NCBI RefSeq assembly: GCF_009914755.1 | Contig: NC_060936.1 | Direction: 5' to 3' (one strand) | Source of the DNA: the human T2T-CHM13v2.0 reference genome, Homo sapiens | DNA length: 64,000 bases | Shown here: positions 29,913 to 40,529 of the stretch, one piece after another | Layout: each line of letters opens with the position of its first letter | Numbering within the stretch: the first letter of the stretch is position 1 | Made by a program: the position numbers and the translations under genes | The notes under the pieces: model-generated | What the model saw: the letters and a program-made list of their open reading frames with translations, nothing else | What the model was told of the DNA's origin: nothing | Database searches by the model: none

Positions 29913-30122
29913 AGCAACAGTTCTCAATCGTGAGCCCTGTTGATCCCTAGGGGACATTTGGCAATGTGTGCAGACATTTTTCGTTGTCACAACTTGAGGG
30001 GGAGGAGTGGTACTGGTATCTACTGGGTAGAGACCAGGGATGCTACAAACGAACAGAACAGCTTCCTCCAACAGAACACTGTCCAGCTCCAAATGTCAAC
30101 AGTGCCTAACTGGAAATCCCTG
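29913..30122 (+). mobile_element. MER20
   Basis: ttctcaa...ggggacatttggcaatgtgtgcagacattttt...gggtagagaccagggatgct...aaatgtcaacagtgcc. Confidence 0.92.
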
Positions 30123-30500
30123 CCCAGAAAGAGGGAAGGACCTAGATCTCCATCGCCTGATACAATCCATTAAATGCATGGACAGATCTAAAAACAGGCT
30201 CAGTCACCATGAAAGGAGAGGCAGAGCTTGACCCTCCCAGCCCATCCAGGGGACAGAGCTCTATGGCTCTGGACACACGCACAAGCTCAGAGCTCACTCC
30301 TCTTTCTTCAAAACACTTAGCTAGACATCACCTTGTAGTCCAACACAGTGACAGGGCCTTTTCACTATTGGGTCTCCTACAAAGGAGTTTATTTATTTAT
30401 TTACTTATTTATTTTACATATTCTCCTGGGTATAAACAAATTTATACTAATTAATTCACACCAGTGCCACAAAGCCCTAAACATTGCTAGATCAAATTCT

Positions 30501-30807
30501 TTTTTTTTTTTTTTTTTTTTGAGACGGAGTCTCGCTCTGTTGCCCAGGCCGGACTGCGGACTGCAGTGGCGCAATCTCGGCTCACTGCAAGCTCCGCTTC
30601 CCGGGTTCACGCCATTCTCCTGCCTCAGCCTCCTGAGTAGCTGGGACTACAGGCGCCCGCCACCGCGCCCGGCTAATTTTTTGTATTTTAGTAGAGACGG
30701 GGTTTCACCTTGTTAGCCAGGATGGTCTCGAGCTCCTGACCTCATGATCCACCCGCCTCGGCCTCCCAAAGTGCTGGGATTACAGGCGTGAGCCACCGCG
30801 CCCGGCC
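30501..30807 (-). mobile_element. AluYb8 (human-lineage, young)
   Basis: ccggactgcggactgcagtgg (7-bp insertion), gctccgcttccc, caccttgttag, cctcatgatccaccc; perfect 16-bp TSD tgctagatcaaattct at 30485-30500 and 30809-30824. Confidence 0.98.
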
Positions 30808-31159
30808 CTGCTAGATCAAATTCTAATGTGACCATTTAAAAGCAGACAGTGCTTCACTGGGTTAATACATCATAATTAACTGACAGACAATACTTTGAAG
30901 GCCACCTCATTAAAATCTCCTAGTAGGCCTGTCCCTCTTATCAGTTACTTTTGAAGAAAGTAGCAGCAGCCTGATTTTCCACTGGGAAACTACCGTTCCA
31001 ATGTCCCACAGCAGGCTGAGTCCCTTCCAGTCTCAGAAGAGGGTGTTTGACCAAGGCTTGGTAAGGCCACAGCATTCTGACCATGGTGATTGCTTCAGGC
31101 AAAGACATAGGAAAGAAGGGCTGACACATCAGTTGAGCCCCTGGAGCTTCTCCAGTTAC

Positions 31160-31222
31160 CCTTCCTTTCCTTCCCTCCCTCCCTTCCTTTTTCCCTTCCC
31201 TCCCCTCCCCTCCCCTCCCCTC
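31160..31222. repeat. CT-rich low-complexity tract
   Basis: cttcctttccttccctccct...ccctcccctc. Confidence 0.85.
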
Positions 31223-31569
31223 TGTTCTCATGCTGCCAATAAAGACATATCTGAGACTGGGTAATTTATACAGAAAAAGAGGTTTGATGGAATCACAGTT
31301 CCACATGGCTGGGGAGGCCTCACAATCATGGCGGAAGGCGAAAGGCACGTCTTACATGGCAGCAGGCAAGACAGAATGTGTGTAGGGGAACTCCTCTTTA
31401 TAAAACCATCAGATCTCATGATTCTTATTCACTATTAAGAGAACAGCAAGGGAATGATCTGCCCCCATGATTCAATCACCTCTCCCCGGGTCCCTCCCAT
31501 GACACATGGGAATTATGGAAGCTACAATTCAAGATGAGATTTGGGTGGGGACACAGCCAAACCACATCA
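31223..31569 (-). mobile_element. THE1B/C-like solo LTR
   Basis: tctcatgctgccaataaagacat...gggacacagccaaaccacatca. Confidence 0.93.
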
Positions 31570-32357
31570 CCAGGCATCTCACTCTGACAACCAATGGGTA
31601 GTGTCTGCCACTTCCCACCTGCCATAACGCACCAACGAACACCTACCCAGACATCACCTCGTAGCGAAACACAGTGTCAGGGCCTTTTCACTATTGGGTC
31701 TCCTACAAACGAGTCATTTATTTATTTATTTGCGTATTTATTTTACACATTCTCCTGGGTATAAACAAATTTACATTAATTAATTAACATCAGCGCAACA
31801 GAACCCAAAACATTGCTAGATCAAATTCTAATGTGGCAATTTAAAAATAGACAATGCCCCACTGGGTTTATGAATCATGATTAACTAAGAAACAATACTT
31901 TAAAGACCACATCATTAAAATCTCCTAGTAGGCATGTCCCTCTAATCAGTTACTGCTAAAATAAGGGTCATAACAGGAGGAAGAGCAAGCACCATTCTCA
32001 CTATAGCTTTGATAAAGCACTGCATTACTGGACTGCTTTGACAAAGCACTGTGGTTCGCAGATAAACACTTCATATCTTCCCTTCAAGTTACTGAATCTT
32101 TCTTTTTCTGGAATGGTGATTTTAGCCTCTTCCATACACCGTTTTTGGGCTTAGATTTTTTTCTCCATGGCCAGTGCTGCCTTCTTTTTCTTTCCTACGT
32201 ATCTCCCGTGCAAGGGCATGGAAAATATCATCAATGTAGTAGTGGTGTGCAGCAGATGTCTCAAACAAGAGACAGCTGAATTCTTGGGCCAAAGCCAATC
32301 CTTCTTCCTTGGTGACCTGAGGAGTTTATTTACAGAGTGGCTAATGACTTTAGTCAC

Positions 32358-32876
32358 TGTGGTAGACTGAATAATGCCCCAGCCCCGCCAAAGATTGCAG
32401 GTGCTAATCGCTGGAATCAGTGACTGTTATTAGGTTTGTGTGAAAGTAATGGCAAAAATCGCAATTACTTTCACACCAACATAATACTTCATATGGCAAA
32501 AGGGACTTTGAAGATGTGATTACATAAAAGATCTTGTGATGGGGAATCCTCCTGGATTATCCAGGTGAGCCTGAGATATAATTATAAGGATCCTTATGAA
32601 AGAGAGGCAAGAGGAGCAAAGGAAGAAGAGGGAGAAAATGTGAGGCAAAACCATGAGCCAAGGAAGAAGCGCTGCCTCTGGAAGATGGGAAAGATGTAGA
32701 GGCTCATTCTTCCGGAGAGCCTCTACAAGGAAGCAGCCCTGCCAATGGCCTGATTTCAGCCCCACAAGACTTGTTTTGGAATTACGACCTCCGGAATGAT
32801 TAAAAAATATGTTTGTGTTGCTTTCAGCCACTGATTTTATGATAATTTGTGGCAGCAGCAACAGGAAACCAACGTA
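32358..32876 (+). mobile_element. MLT1D-like solo LTR with nested MADE1
   Basis: tgtggtagactgaataatgcccc...tggcaaaagggactttgaagatgtgatta...ggcagcagcaacaggaaac. Confidence 0.88.
32430..32484. mobile_element. MADE1 (Hsmar1 mariner MITE), internally deleted
   Basis: ttaggtttgtgtgaaagtaat...ggcaaaaatcgcaattactttcacaccaacataa; TA at 32428-32429 and 32485-32486. Confidence 0.9.
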
Positions 32877-32899
32877 GCCAAGTATTAAATATTCACCAG

Positions 32900-32943
32900 T
32901 TACTTTTGCATCAACCTAGTATTACTTTTGCACCAACCTAATA
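32900..32943. mobile_element. Two tandem Hsmar1/MADE1 TIR ends
   Basis: ttacttttgcatcaacctagta + ttacttttgcaccaacctaata. Confidence 0.85.
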
Positions 32944-32959
32944 CTTCCCAACTCTTTCA

Positions 32960-33115
32960 AATAACATGCATAAATGGACATTTATTTATCAAGCTCCTAT
33001 TCCATGCCTGGTGTTCTATGTCCAGGATCCTCACAGCAACCTGAGGGTTCAGGACTATCTCCTATTTCACAGGAGAGAAAACCGCAGATCAGAGAAGTTC
33101 ATTAACTTTCTCAAC
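32960..33115 (-). mobile_element. MIR
   Basis: atcctcacagcaacctgagg...tttcacaggagagaaaacc...gagaagttcattaactt. Confidence 0.75.
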
Positions 33116-33135
33116 ACGAGGAGTGGGGAATTTCT

Positions 33136-33924
33136 CTTTTTTTATTTCAATATATTTTGGGGGCAGGTGGTTTTTGGTTACATGGATAAGTTCTTTAATG
33201 GTGATTTCTAGAATTTGGTGCACCCATCACCCAAGCAGTGGACATTGCACCCCATGTGTAGTCTTTTATCCCTCAGCTCCCTCCCATTCCCTCTGGGTCC
33301 CCAACGTCCATTATATCATTCTTATGCCTTTGCATCCCCATAGCTTAGATCCCACTTATAAGTGAGAAGATACAATAGCTGGTTTTCCATTCCTGAGTTA
33401 CTTCACTCAGAATAATGGTCTCCAACTCCATCCAGGTTGCTGCAAATGCCATTATTTCATTTCTTTTTATGGCTGAGTAGTATTCCATGGTGTATATACG
33501 TATACCACATTTTCTTTACCCACTTGTTGATTGATGGGCATTTGGCTTGGTTTTATATTTTTGCAATTGCGAATTGTGCTGCTATAAACATGCATGTGTA
33601 AGTGTCTTTTTCATATAATGACTTCTCTAGTGGGATTGCTGGATCAAACGGTGGTTCTACTTTTAGTTCTTTAAGGAATCTCCTTACTGTTTTCCCTAGT
33701 GGTTGTACTAGTTTACATTCCCACTGGCAGTATAAAAGTGTTCCGTTTTCACCACATCCATGCCAACATCTATTATTTTTTAATTTTTTTATTATGGCCA
33801 TTCTTGCAGGAGTAAGGTGGTATTGCATTGTGGTTTTGATGTGCATTTCCCTGATAATTAGTGATGTTGAGCATTTTTTCATATGTATATCTTATTTTGA
33901 GAACAGTATATTCATGCCCTTTGC
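33136..33924 (-). mobile_element. L1PB-type 3' end with ORF2 C-terminal remnant
   Basis: caggtggtttttggttacatggataagttcttta; ORF 33553-33882 gives ORF2-like [22 protein letters not shown]. Confidence 0.93.
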
Positions 33925-34278
33925 AGAGAAGCAAGGAATTTCTTGCTACTTTCTTTTCAGGAATTTCCCACAGGAAAAAAAAAAAAGTCTGTTTATCCTG
34001 TATGTGACCTAGCAGCCTGAAGTGATGGGTCTGCCCTGGTAATATCTGTGAATAAGATTCAATATTTCATGAAAATCAAAACAAATAAAGTCCTCCCTGA
34101 CCTTTCCTGGAAATAAACAATTTAATCTACTAAGTCCACAAGGGAAGGCGCCACCAGAAAAAAACAAAGGCATGCTCTCACCTGTAACAGTCATTTACCA
34201 GTGTTTTAATTTACCTAGAAAATGATTTGGCCTCTCAGACTGATAAGAGGCACTGATGTTGAGTGTTAGCTATTTGTA

Positions 34279-34317
34279 TAATGGCAAAAACTGCAATAAC
34301 TTGTGTGCCAACTTAAT
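34279..34317. mobile_element. MADE1 half / solo TIR
   Basis: taatggcaaaaactgcaataacttgtgtgccaacttaat. Confidence 0.75.
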
Positions 34318-34460
34318 GATTTGACACAACTTCAAATGGGATGGAAACACGATAGGGATTGAGAAGCTGGACTCCAAAGTCAGTTGCATCTCAGCCATTT
34401 AATGAGACCCCCACCTGCAACTGCCCCTCTTGGCCCTTAACAGCACTAATGACTCCAGGT

Positions 34461-34645
34461 CACTGGTTCCCAAACTTCACGCATCAGATTCCTGGGGGAA
34501 GGATAGGTTGTTAATACGTCAATTGCTGGATTCCTCCCGCAGAGTTGCTGATTCAGTGAGACAAAGAATCTGCATTTCTAACAAGTTCTAGAAGATGAAT
34601 GATACTAATGGCACTCCTCTTGGGACTGAACTTGGAGATCCACTG
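34461..34645 (-). mobile_element. MER5A
   Basis: ctggttcccaaactt...ctgattcagt...gaatctgcatttctaacaagttc. Confidence 0.82.
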
Positions 34646-34654
34646 ACCTAAATC

Positions 34655-34879
34655 GAGAATTTCCCAACCTCAGCACTGTTGACATTTGGGGCTACTCCAT
34701 TCTCTCTGGTGGGGGCTGTCCTGTGCATTGTAAGACAGTCAGCAGCATCCCTGGCCTCTTACCTACTAGATGCCAGAAGCACTGTCCTCCCTAAGCTGTG
34801 ACCAAGAAAAATATCTCTAAACATTTCCAAATGTCCCTGGGGGTGGAGAGGCAACATTTCCCCAGACTGAAAACCACTG
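34655..34879 (-). mobile_element. MER20
   Basis: caacctcagcactgttgacatttgggg...ctactagatgccag...caaatgtccctgggg...aaaccactg. Confidence 0.92.
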
Positions 34880-36059
34880 CCCTAGATCAAACATATCAAG
34901 AATGCACAAGAAGGAGGGAGATCATTGAAGAAGACTCCAATATCTTAAAGCTCTTAACTGTACTGCCAACTATTTATTAAGCAGGTGGGTTGAACGGTGA
35001 CCATGGTGGGGGAGACAACGGAAGGAGACGGGGAACAAGGAAATATCACAAAAGATCCCACCTAATATTGTTCAGACCTGGAGCAAGCCTGGGTACTACA
35101 GTGCTTAAGCCTGTCACTCCTGTAGCCCTCCCAGGTCGGTCAAGCTGCCACAGGTTCTACCAGACAAATGGCTCATTGTCTTCTTTGAGTGACCAGCAAG
35201 CTCTCAGAGCAGCCACCACTCCCAGCTGTAGTGACTCAGCCTTGTACCTAAGGACAAAATGGCCAATCCTGGCTAATCATTGAGAAATGGGTCTGAGCCC
35301 AAAAAGGAACTCAGGGCCAGTGCTCAAAGACGGTCTGATTGCAACCCTCCAGGAGGAAAACAAATTCACAAAGCAGTCCCAGGTTGCCAGTTCTCAAAGT
35401 CAGCAAACCAAATCCTAACGTGCAATCTTCCCAGGTTTTTCAAAAGCCATGGGATTGATAGTCAGTGGGGAAAGGAAGAGGTGTCGAATCCAGGCCTGAT
35501 GGATGGGTGCAGAGGCAATCAGACGTGTTTTCAGAGCCACTGTGCTCTGACACCTGCCCCCATTTTCCACAGAGTTTGGCTCTGAATGCGTCCCTGGACC
35601 ACGCCCTCCGTCTCCTTTACCTGGCGTTCCTATTCTTGTAGAAAGGAACACAGCCTAATGATGGATTTGTTCAATGTGATCATTCTCGCTTATGTACAAA
35701 ACAAAGGCAGGATTGATGAACTCCTAAAGAAGCACATTCACAGGCCTGATCTATGCCTCTTACCTTGGAGCAGGCAGCAAGTACAGCCTCCAAGGGAATG
35801 TCAACATCTTTGCACTTTGTCAATAGGACCTTGATTCTCTAAAGGCTGAAAGGTGTTTTCATGGGTGAATGCTTAGAGCCAGCTCATGGTTTTCCAAACC
35901 CCACTCAAAGCTTCCAGATGACTCTTTTTGCATCTGTGAGCTTCTTTCATCCCTAGATATCACCCTGGGGAGAGGGCAGGCAAAAGATGTTCTCTGTACT
36001 TGCAAGGAAGAAATGGTAAAGGCATGGGGGTCGAGTGGGGGCTGGGGACTCCTATGTTC

Positions 36060-36350
36060 CGGAAAGAGCGAGGTTACTGTCCTGAAGTCACATCTCAGCT
36101 TTGCCCCTGGATGAGTCTTTTGCCCCCTCTAAGACTGTTTACTTACTTACCTGCAGTATGAGAATTTAAGTAGCAACCGTGCCTGGTGGCTGTAGGATTA
36201 CATGAGCATCTGGAGTCTAGTTGCTGGGGTTGGCATCCTAGTTCTGCTACTTGTCAGCTATAAAACTTTGGGCAAGTTCTTAAGTTCCTCATAGGATCAA
36301 CCAAGTGCTTAGAACAGTGCCTAGCACTTAGTAGGTGCTTAGCTGATATT
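36060..36350 (+). mobile_element. MIR fragments
   Basis: cctagttctgctacttgtcagct...ttgggcaagtt...gtgcttagaacagtgcctagcac. Confidence 0.7.
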
Positions 36351-36454
36351 TGTCTCTCTCTGCTCATTTCTACTCAGCCTCCGAGTGCATCTGACAAGAC
36401 ATAAATTGTCTGTGCTTACTTGTTTAGAATCCAAGATCTTGGGGGGGGGGTACC

Positions 36455-36924
36455 TAATTACTAGATTAAATAGTGTCCTTCCCCAAAATTTACATTCACC
36501 TGGAACCTCCAGATGTGACTTTATTTGGAAATAGGGTCTTTGCAGATATAATCAAGTTAAGATGATACCATCCTGGGTTCGTGTGGGCCCTAATCCAAGA
36601 CTTCTCAGCACAGGGGAAAATGGACACAGAGACCCACACAGAGGGAAGAGGATGCGGGAACACAGATAGGGAGAACACTATGAGATCACGGAGGCAGAGA
36701 CTGGAGTGAAGCATCTACAAGCCAGTGAATGCCAAGGATGCTGGCCACCACCAGAAGCTGGGAGAGGCAAGGAAGGACCCCCCGCTAGAGCCTTCGGAGA
36801 GAGCATGGCCCTGCCTACATCTTGATTTTTGGACTTCTAGCCTCCAGGACTGTGAAAGAATAAATGTTGTCCTAAGCCACCCAGTTTGCAGTAATTTTGG
36901 CATTAGCCCTAGGAGACCAATACA
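36455..36924 (+). mobile_element. MLT1B/C-like solo LTR
   Basis: atgtgactttatttggaaatagggtctttgcagat...cctccaggactgtgaaagaataaat...ctaggagaccaataca. Confidence 0.92.
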
Positions 36925-37884
36925 CCTAATATCAAAGGCAGCCTGTTTGTCCAACTCTCTGCCTCCAGACAAGAGCCTGCCAACCTTCCAGTCTCTCCAG
37001 AATTCCCACCTGACTTCCATCATCTGGCTGGGAAGGATCTAGAGCTAGGCCCAGCAAACATTTTCAGTACAGTGCCAGATAGTAACTATTTTAGACTTTG
37101 CGGCCTATACAGTCTCCGTCCCAACTATTCAACTCTGCTGTGATCACATGCAAGCAGCCATAGGCGGTATGCAAATGAATGAGCATGGCTGTTTTCCAAT
37201 AAAACTGCATTTACGGCCACTAAAATTTAATTTCATGTAATGTTCCTGTGTCACTAGATATTCTTCTTTTGCTTTTTTTCCACTTACTTAAAAATGTAAA
37301 AACCTACTCTTAGCTTGTGGTCTGTATAAAAACAGGCAGTGGGCCAGGTTTTTTTTGTTTTGTTTTCAATTGAAGCAAAATTCACATAAAATAAAATTAA
37401 CCATTTAAAAGTGTGTGATTCCATTGCCTTTAACACGTTCACAGTGGTGCACAAACATCACCTCTGTATAGTTCCAAACTATCTCATCAGCCCTTAAGGA
37501 GACCCTGTACCCACTAAGCGATCATTCCTCATTCCTCCCACCCCAGCTTCTCCCAGTCCCTGGAATTACCAATCTGCTTCCTGTCTACATGGATTTTACT
37601 ATTCAGGATATTTCATTTAAGTGGAATCACATAATATGAGGCATTTTGCATCTGACTTCTTTTACTAAGTATAGTATTTTTGAGGTTTATCGATATTGTA
37701 ACATGTATCAGTACTTGATTCCTTTTTATGGCTGAATAATATTTCATTGTGTGATACACATACCCACACAGCACCATTTGTTTATCCACTCATCTGTTGA
37801 TGAGCACTTGTGTTGTTTCTACCTTTTTGCTATTATGAATATGCTCCTATGAATATTTGCGTATAGGTATTTGTTTGAAAACCT

Positions 37885-39525
37885 ATTTCCCCAGAATTAT
37901 GGCATTCTGAAGACTAGAAATGATTTGATGCAGCTTGCAAACCTCCCTTATTTGGAACCCCACTGGGCCTGAGCTCTTTTTCATTGCCAAAGCCCTGTTG
38001 CTAAAACTATATAGAAGCACCCTCCCTCTAGGCCCAGGAACTGTCTTGGAAAGGGTGGGTGTTGAGATTGTAAGGGCTGGTTTCAAGGGATAGAATTAGT
38101 TCAGTCTGCAAATCGAGGATGGGCACACAGATGCCTAAACAGCTGGCAAATTGAGGAACTTTGCTTCCTTGGCCATTATGTGGCCTCTTTTCCATCCATC
38201 TCAATCATGGAAAAATTCCTACTTTCCATAGAATTAAGAGAATTACCAAGAGGATATCAAGATACCTGGTGACAGAGCCTTCTGGGTATAGTTGTTTCAA
38301 GTTATGGGATTTATGCAAATAGAAATATGATAAGAAATTTTTCAGCCACCTTAGCACAAATTACTAAAGTGATTTCAAAAAGCATTGCAGCACAACAAAA
38401 ATCCCTAACTTCCTTACACAACAAAAGTCTCCAACCTCCTTAGCTTAAGTGATTTTAGCCAATGTTTTATATAGCTAATTGCTACAAGTCTAACTGAAAC
38501 CAAGATTACAGTAGCCCTATGCACAGAACTTACAGATAAGTCAACTTTGTAACCTTGTTTTTGGCTTTGATTTTTGTCTCTTACATTGCTGAAAAGGTTT
38601 TCAGAGTTGATGAGTGCCTGCCCACCGCCCTTCCTGTCTGGCCTGGAATGTTTAAATTGGCTGTTAGTCTTTTGGCTCTAAATCCGTTGGTCATAGGGAA
38701 CCCACCAAGGGCCAGGAAGGACCCAGGGCAGGCAGCCACACCACCCCAGCAATGATATGGGATGAAATAGAAGTTTAGCCATCAATGCTGCCTCTGGCAA
38801 AACTTGGCCAAAAGGGGCAAAATGAGAAATAAAAAGAAAATTCTAACCCTCTCCAAAACCAACTGAACAGACTCCCTCTTGACCAAGGGGACCCCCCAAA
38901 AAAACCTTGAAAACTGAGTTCTCAGCCAGGACAGGATGGGAGGTCAGACACCCCTCATTAAAACTCCTGGCTTGCTAACTGTCTTAGGCTTTCTTCCCTA
39001 AGGGCTAAACAGAAACCAGCCCTTTCAGACTCCACTGCTGATATCAACCATCTGGCTGCTGCCCCCTACCTCTGCAATTTCAACAAAGCAACCAACTAAC
39101 ATTTCTTCCTGAAAAGAGATCACCAACCATGGAGTGGTTCTGCCTGGTCTATGGAGAATGCACATTGGGGTTTCCATGTCTTCTGCTTCACTTATTGACA
39201 TCAGAGGGCCAAAAACTCTACCTTCAGATCAAACACCGCCATTTTTTTGACATGGGACCCTTGAAGGGGCATGCGGCTCAGCTGCACATGTGCACAGTTC
39301 TCCTTTCATAAATATTCATGACTCCTCCTAAGCTTATTGAATAGGTATATTCGGCCACCCCACTCAGCATAAATTCCTGTTCCCTTTACTTCTCCCTTGA
39401 AGTGTCTGTTTCCAGCTTTTGACTGGAGGCTACACTTCCCAGCATGTCAGAATGGCCACCCTGCCGGCTGCAAAGCTTTGTGAAAAATAAAACTCTCCTT
39501 TCCAAATCAAAAAGAAAAAAGAAAA
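37885..39525 (+). mobile_element. ERV1 (MER4-group) internal 3' fragment + PPT + U5-less LTR (MER39-like) + A tail
   Basis: PPT aaaaggggcaaaa 38810-38822; LTR starts tgagaaataaaaagaaaattctaa 38823; AATAAA 39486-39491; A-rich tail 39509-39525. Confidence 0.85.
38227..38460 (+). pseudogene. Retroviral env remnant (SU/TM cleavage site, fusion peptide, heptad repeat)
   Basis: Manual translation: HRIKR (frameshift) ELPRGYQDTW*QSLLGIVVSSYGIYANRNMIRNFSATLAQITKVISKSIAAQQKSLTSL. Confidence 0.8.
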
Positions 39526-39666
39526 GACAATCTGTTTTCAATTCGTTTGGGTACATAAGAATTGAATTAGGAGTGAAATTGCTGTGTTGTATGGTAATTC
39601 AAAGTTTAACTTTTTGAGGAATCACCAAACTGTTTTCCACACGGTTTGCTACTCCTTGTCCTAGAG

Positions 39667-40185
39667 CAAGGGTAAGAAATCTCAATGCCTAAGAGTTAGA
39701 AAAATGAAACAGACAAGTTAGACAATAAAAAGGCAAGTTTTTTCATGATAAAGGGGGATCCTCTCCATCTACCCACAGTTTTCCTAATTTTTATAGAAGC
39801 AGAGATGCAGGTAATTGTTAATGAATATGTTAATTCAACTATATATAATCTTTTATATAATATATAAAAATTGCAGTGTGCATGTCATGCTAGGTTGGTA
39901 TGTGGCATTTTGCCTCACTACTGGAGATGCTACAGGAAGAGTGGGACTGCAGCAAGTTGGAAACTATGCACCCATCTGACAGAGGTGGCCCGCTGCTCAG
40001 CTCTAGTTCATTGTGGCCAAGCAAGAATGAGGGTCCAGGGCCACTGCATTTTCTCATTCTTTTTCCAAGAGAAGCCAGAAATTCAGATTTTTATATAAAA
40101 TTTCTCAATTTTTAAATATTAGCAACTAATTCAGGGGAAAAATGAATTACCTGAGCCAAGCAAAAAATATTTGCAGTCTATATCC
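39667..40185. mobile_element. MER102-like hAT element
   Basis: caagagaagccagaaattcagatttttatataaaatttctcaatttttaaatattagcaactaattc. Confidence 0.65.
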
Positions 40186-40529
40186 AAGGATTCTAATCTC
40201 TTGTGCTTTCTTGTAATCATGTTTGTGGCTTTTTCTAAAGAAGAGATGGAATGAATTCACTGGGCTCTCAGGGGATTTTGGCCTCTGTGAGGAATGGGGT
40301 GTTCTAAGGTTCTCCCAAGTGTCTGTGGATGGACAGATATGGGCATCCTGAGTTTAAATGAGTGTGGCTGTGACCAGCTCATTGGCACAGGTGTTAAGGA
40401 CACTCTCTCCAACCCAGGAAGGCTCTTAGGTTCATTAAGGCTCCTCCAATGTTGCTGCAAAGACCACGAATGTCCAACCTCAACAGGAGGGAGGATATAC
40501 TGAGCTAAATTAATTTTGTTCATTACATA

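Larger units (their letters stand above)
30311..31954. repeat. Old local direct duplication of a ~320-bp unique segment (copy 1 30311-30949 including AluYb8; copy 2 31637-31954)
   Basis: Shared blocks cagggccttttcactattgggtctcctacaaa, attctcctgggtataaacaaattta, acattgctagatcaaattctaatgtg, cattaaaatctcctagtaggc. Confidence 0.95.
37349..39642 (-). mobile_element. L1MB 3' region (37349-37884 and 39526-39642), split by ERV insert
   Basis: aaaattcacataaaataaaattaaccatt...cctttttatggctgaataatatttcattg; resumes gttttcaattcgtttgggta...tttgaggaatcaccaaactgttttcca. Confidence 0.9.
37046..39660. mobile_element. MER58B, split by L1MB (bulk 37046-37348; terminus ~39644-39660)
   Basis: gccagatagtaactattttagactttgc...aaacaggcagtgggccagg; resumes gtttgctactccttg. 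Confidence 0.8.

Noticed and set aside
35657-35750. Possible C/D snoRNA (atgatgg...ctga)
   Set aside because: Box C is imperfect (ATGATGG), the terminal stem is weak and no guide complementarity was recognised.
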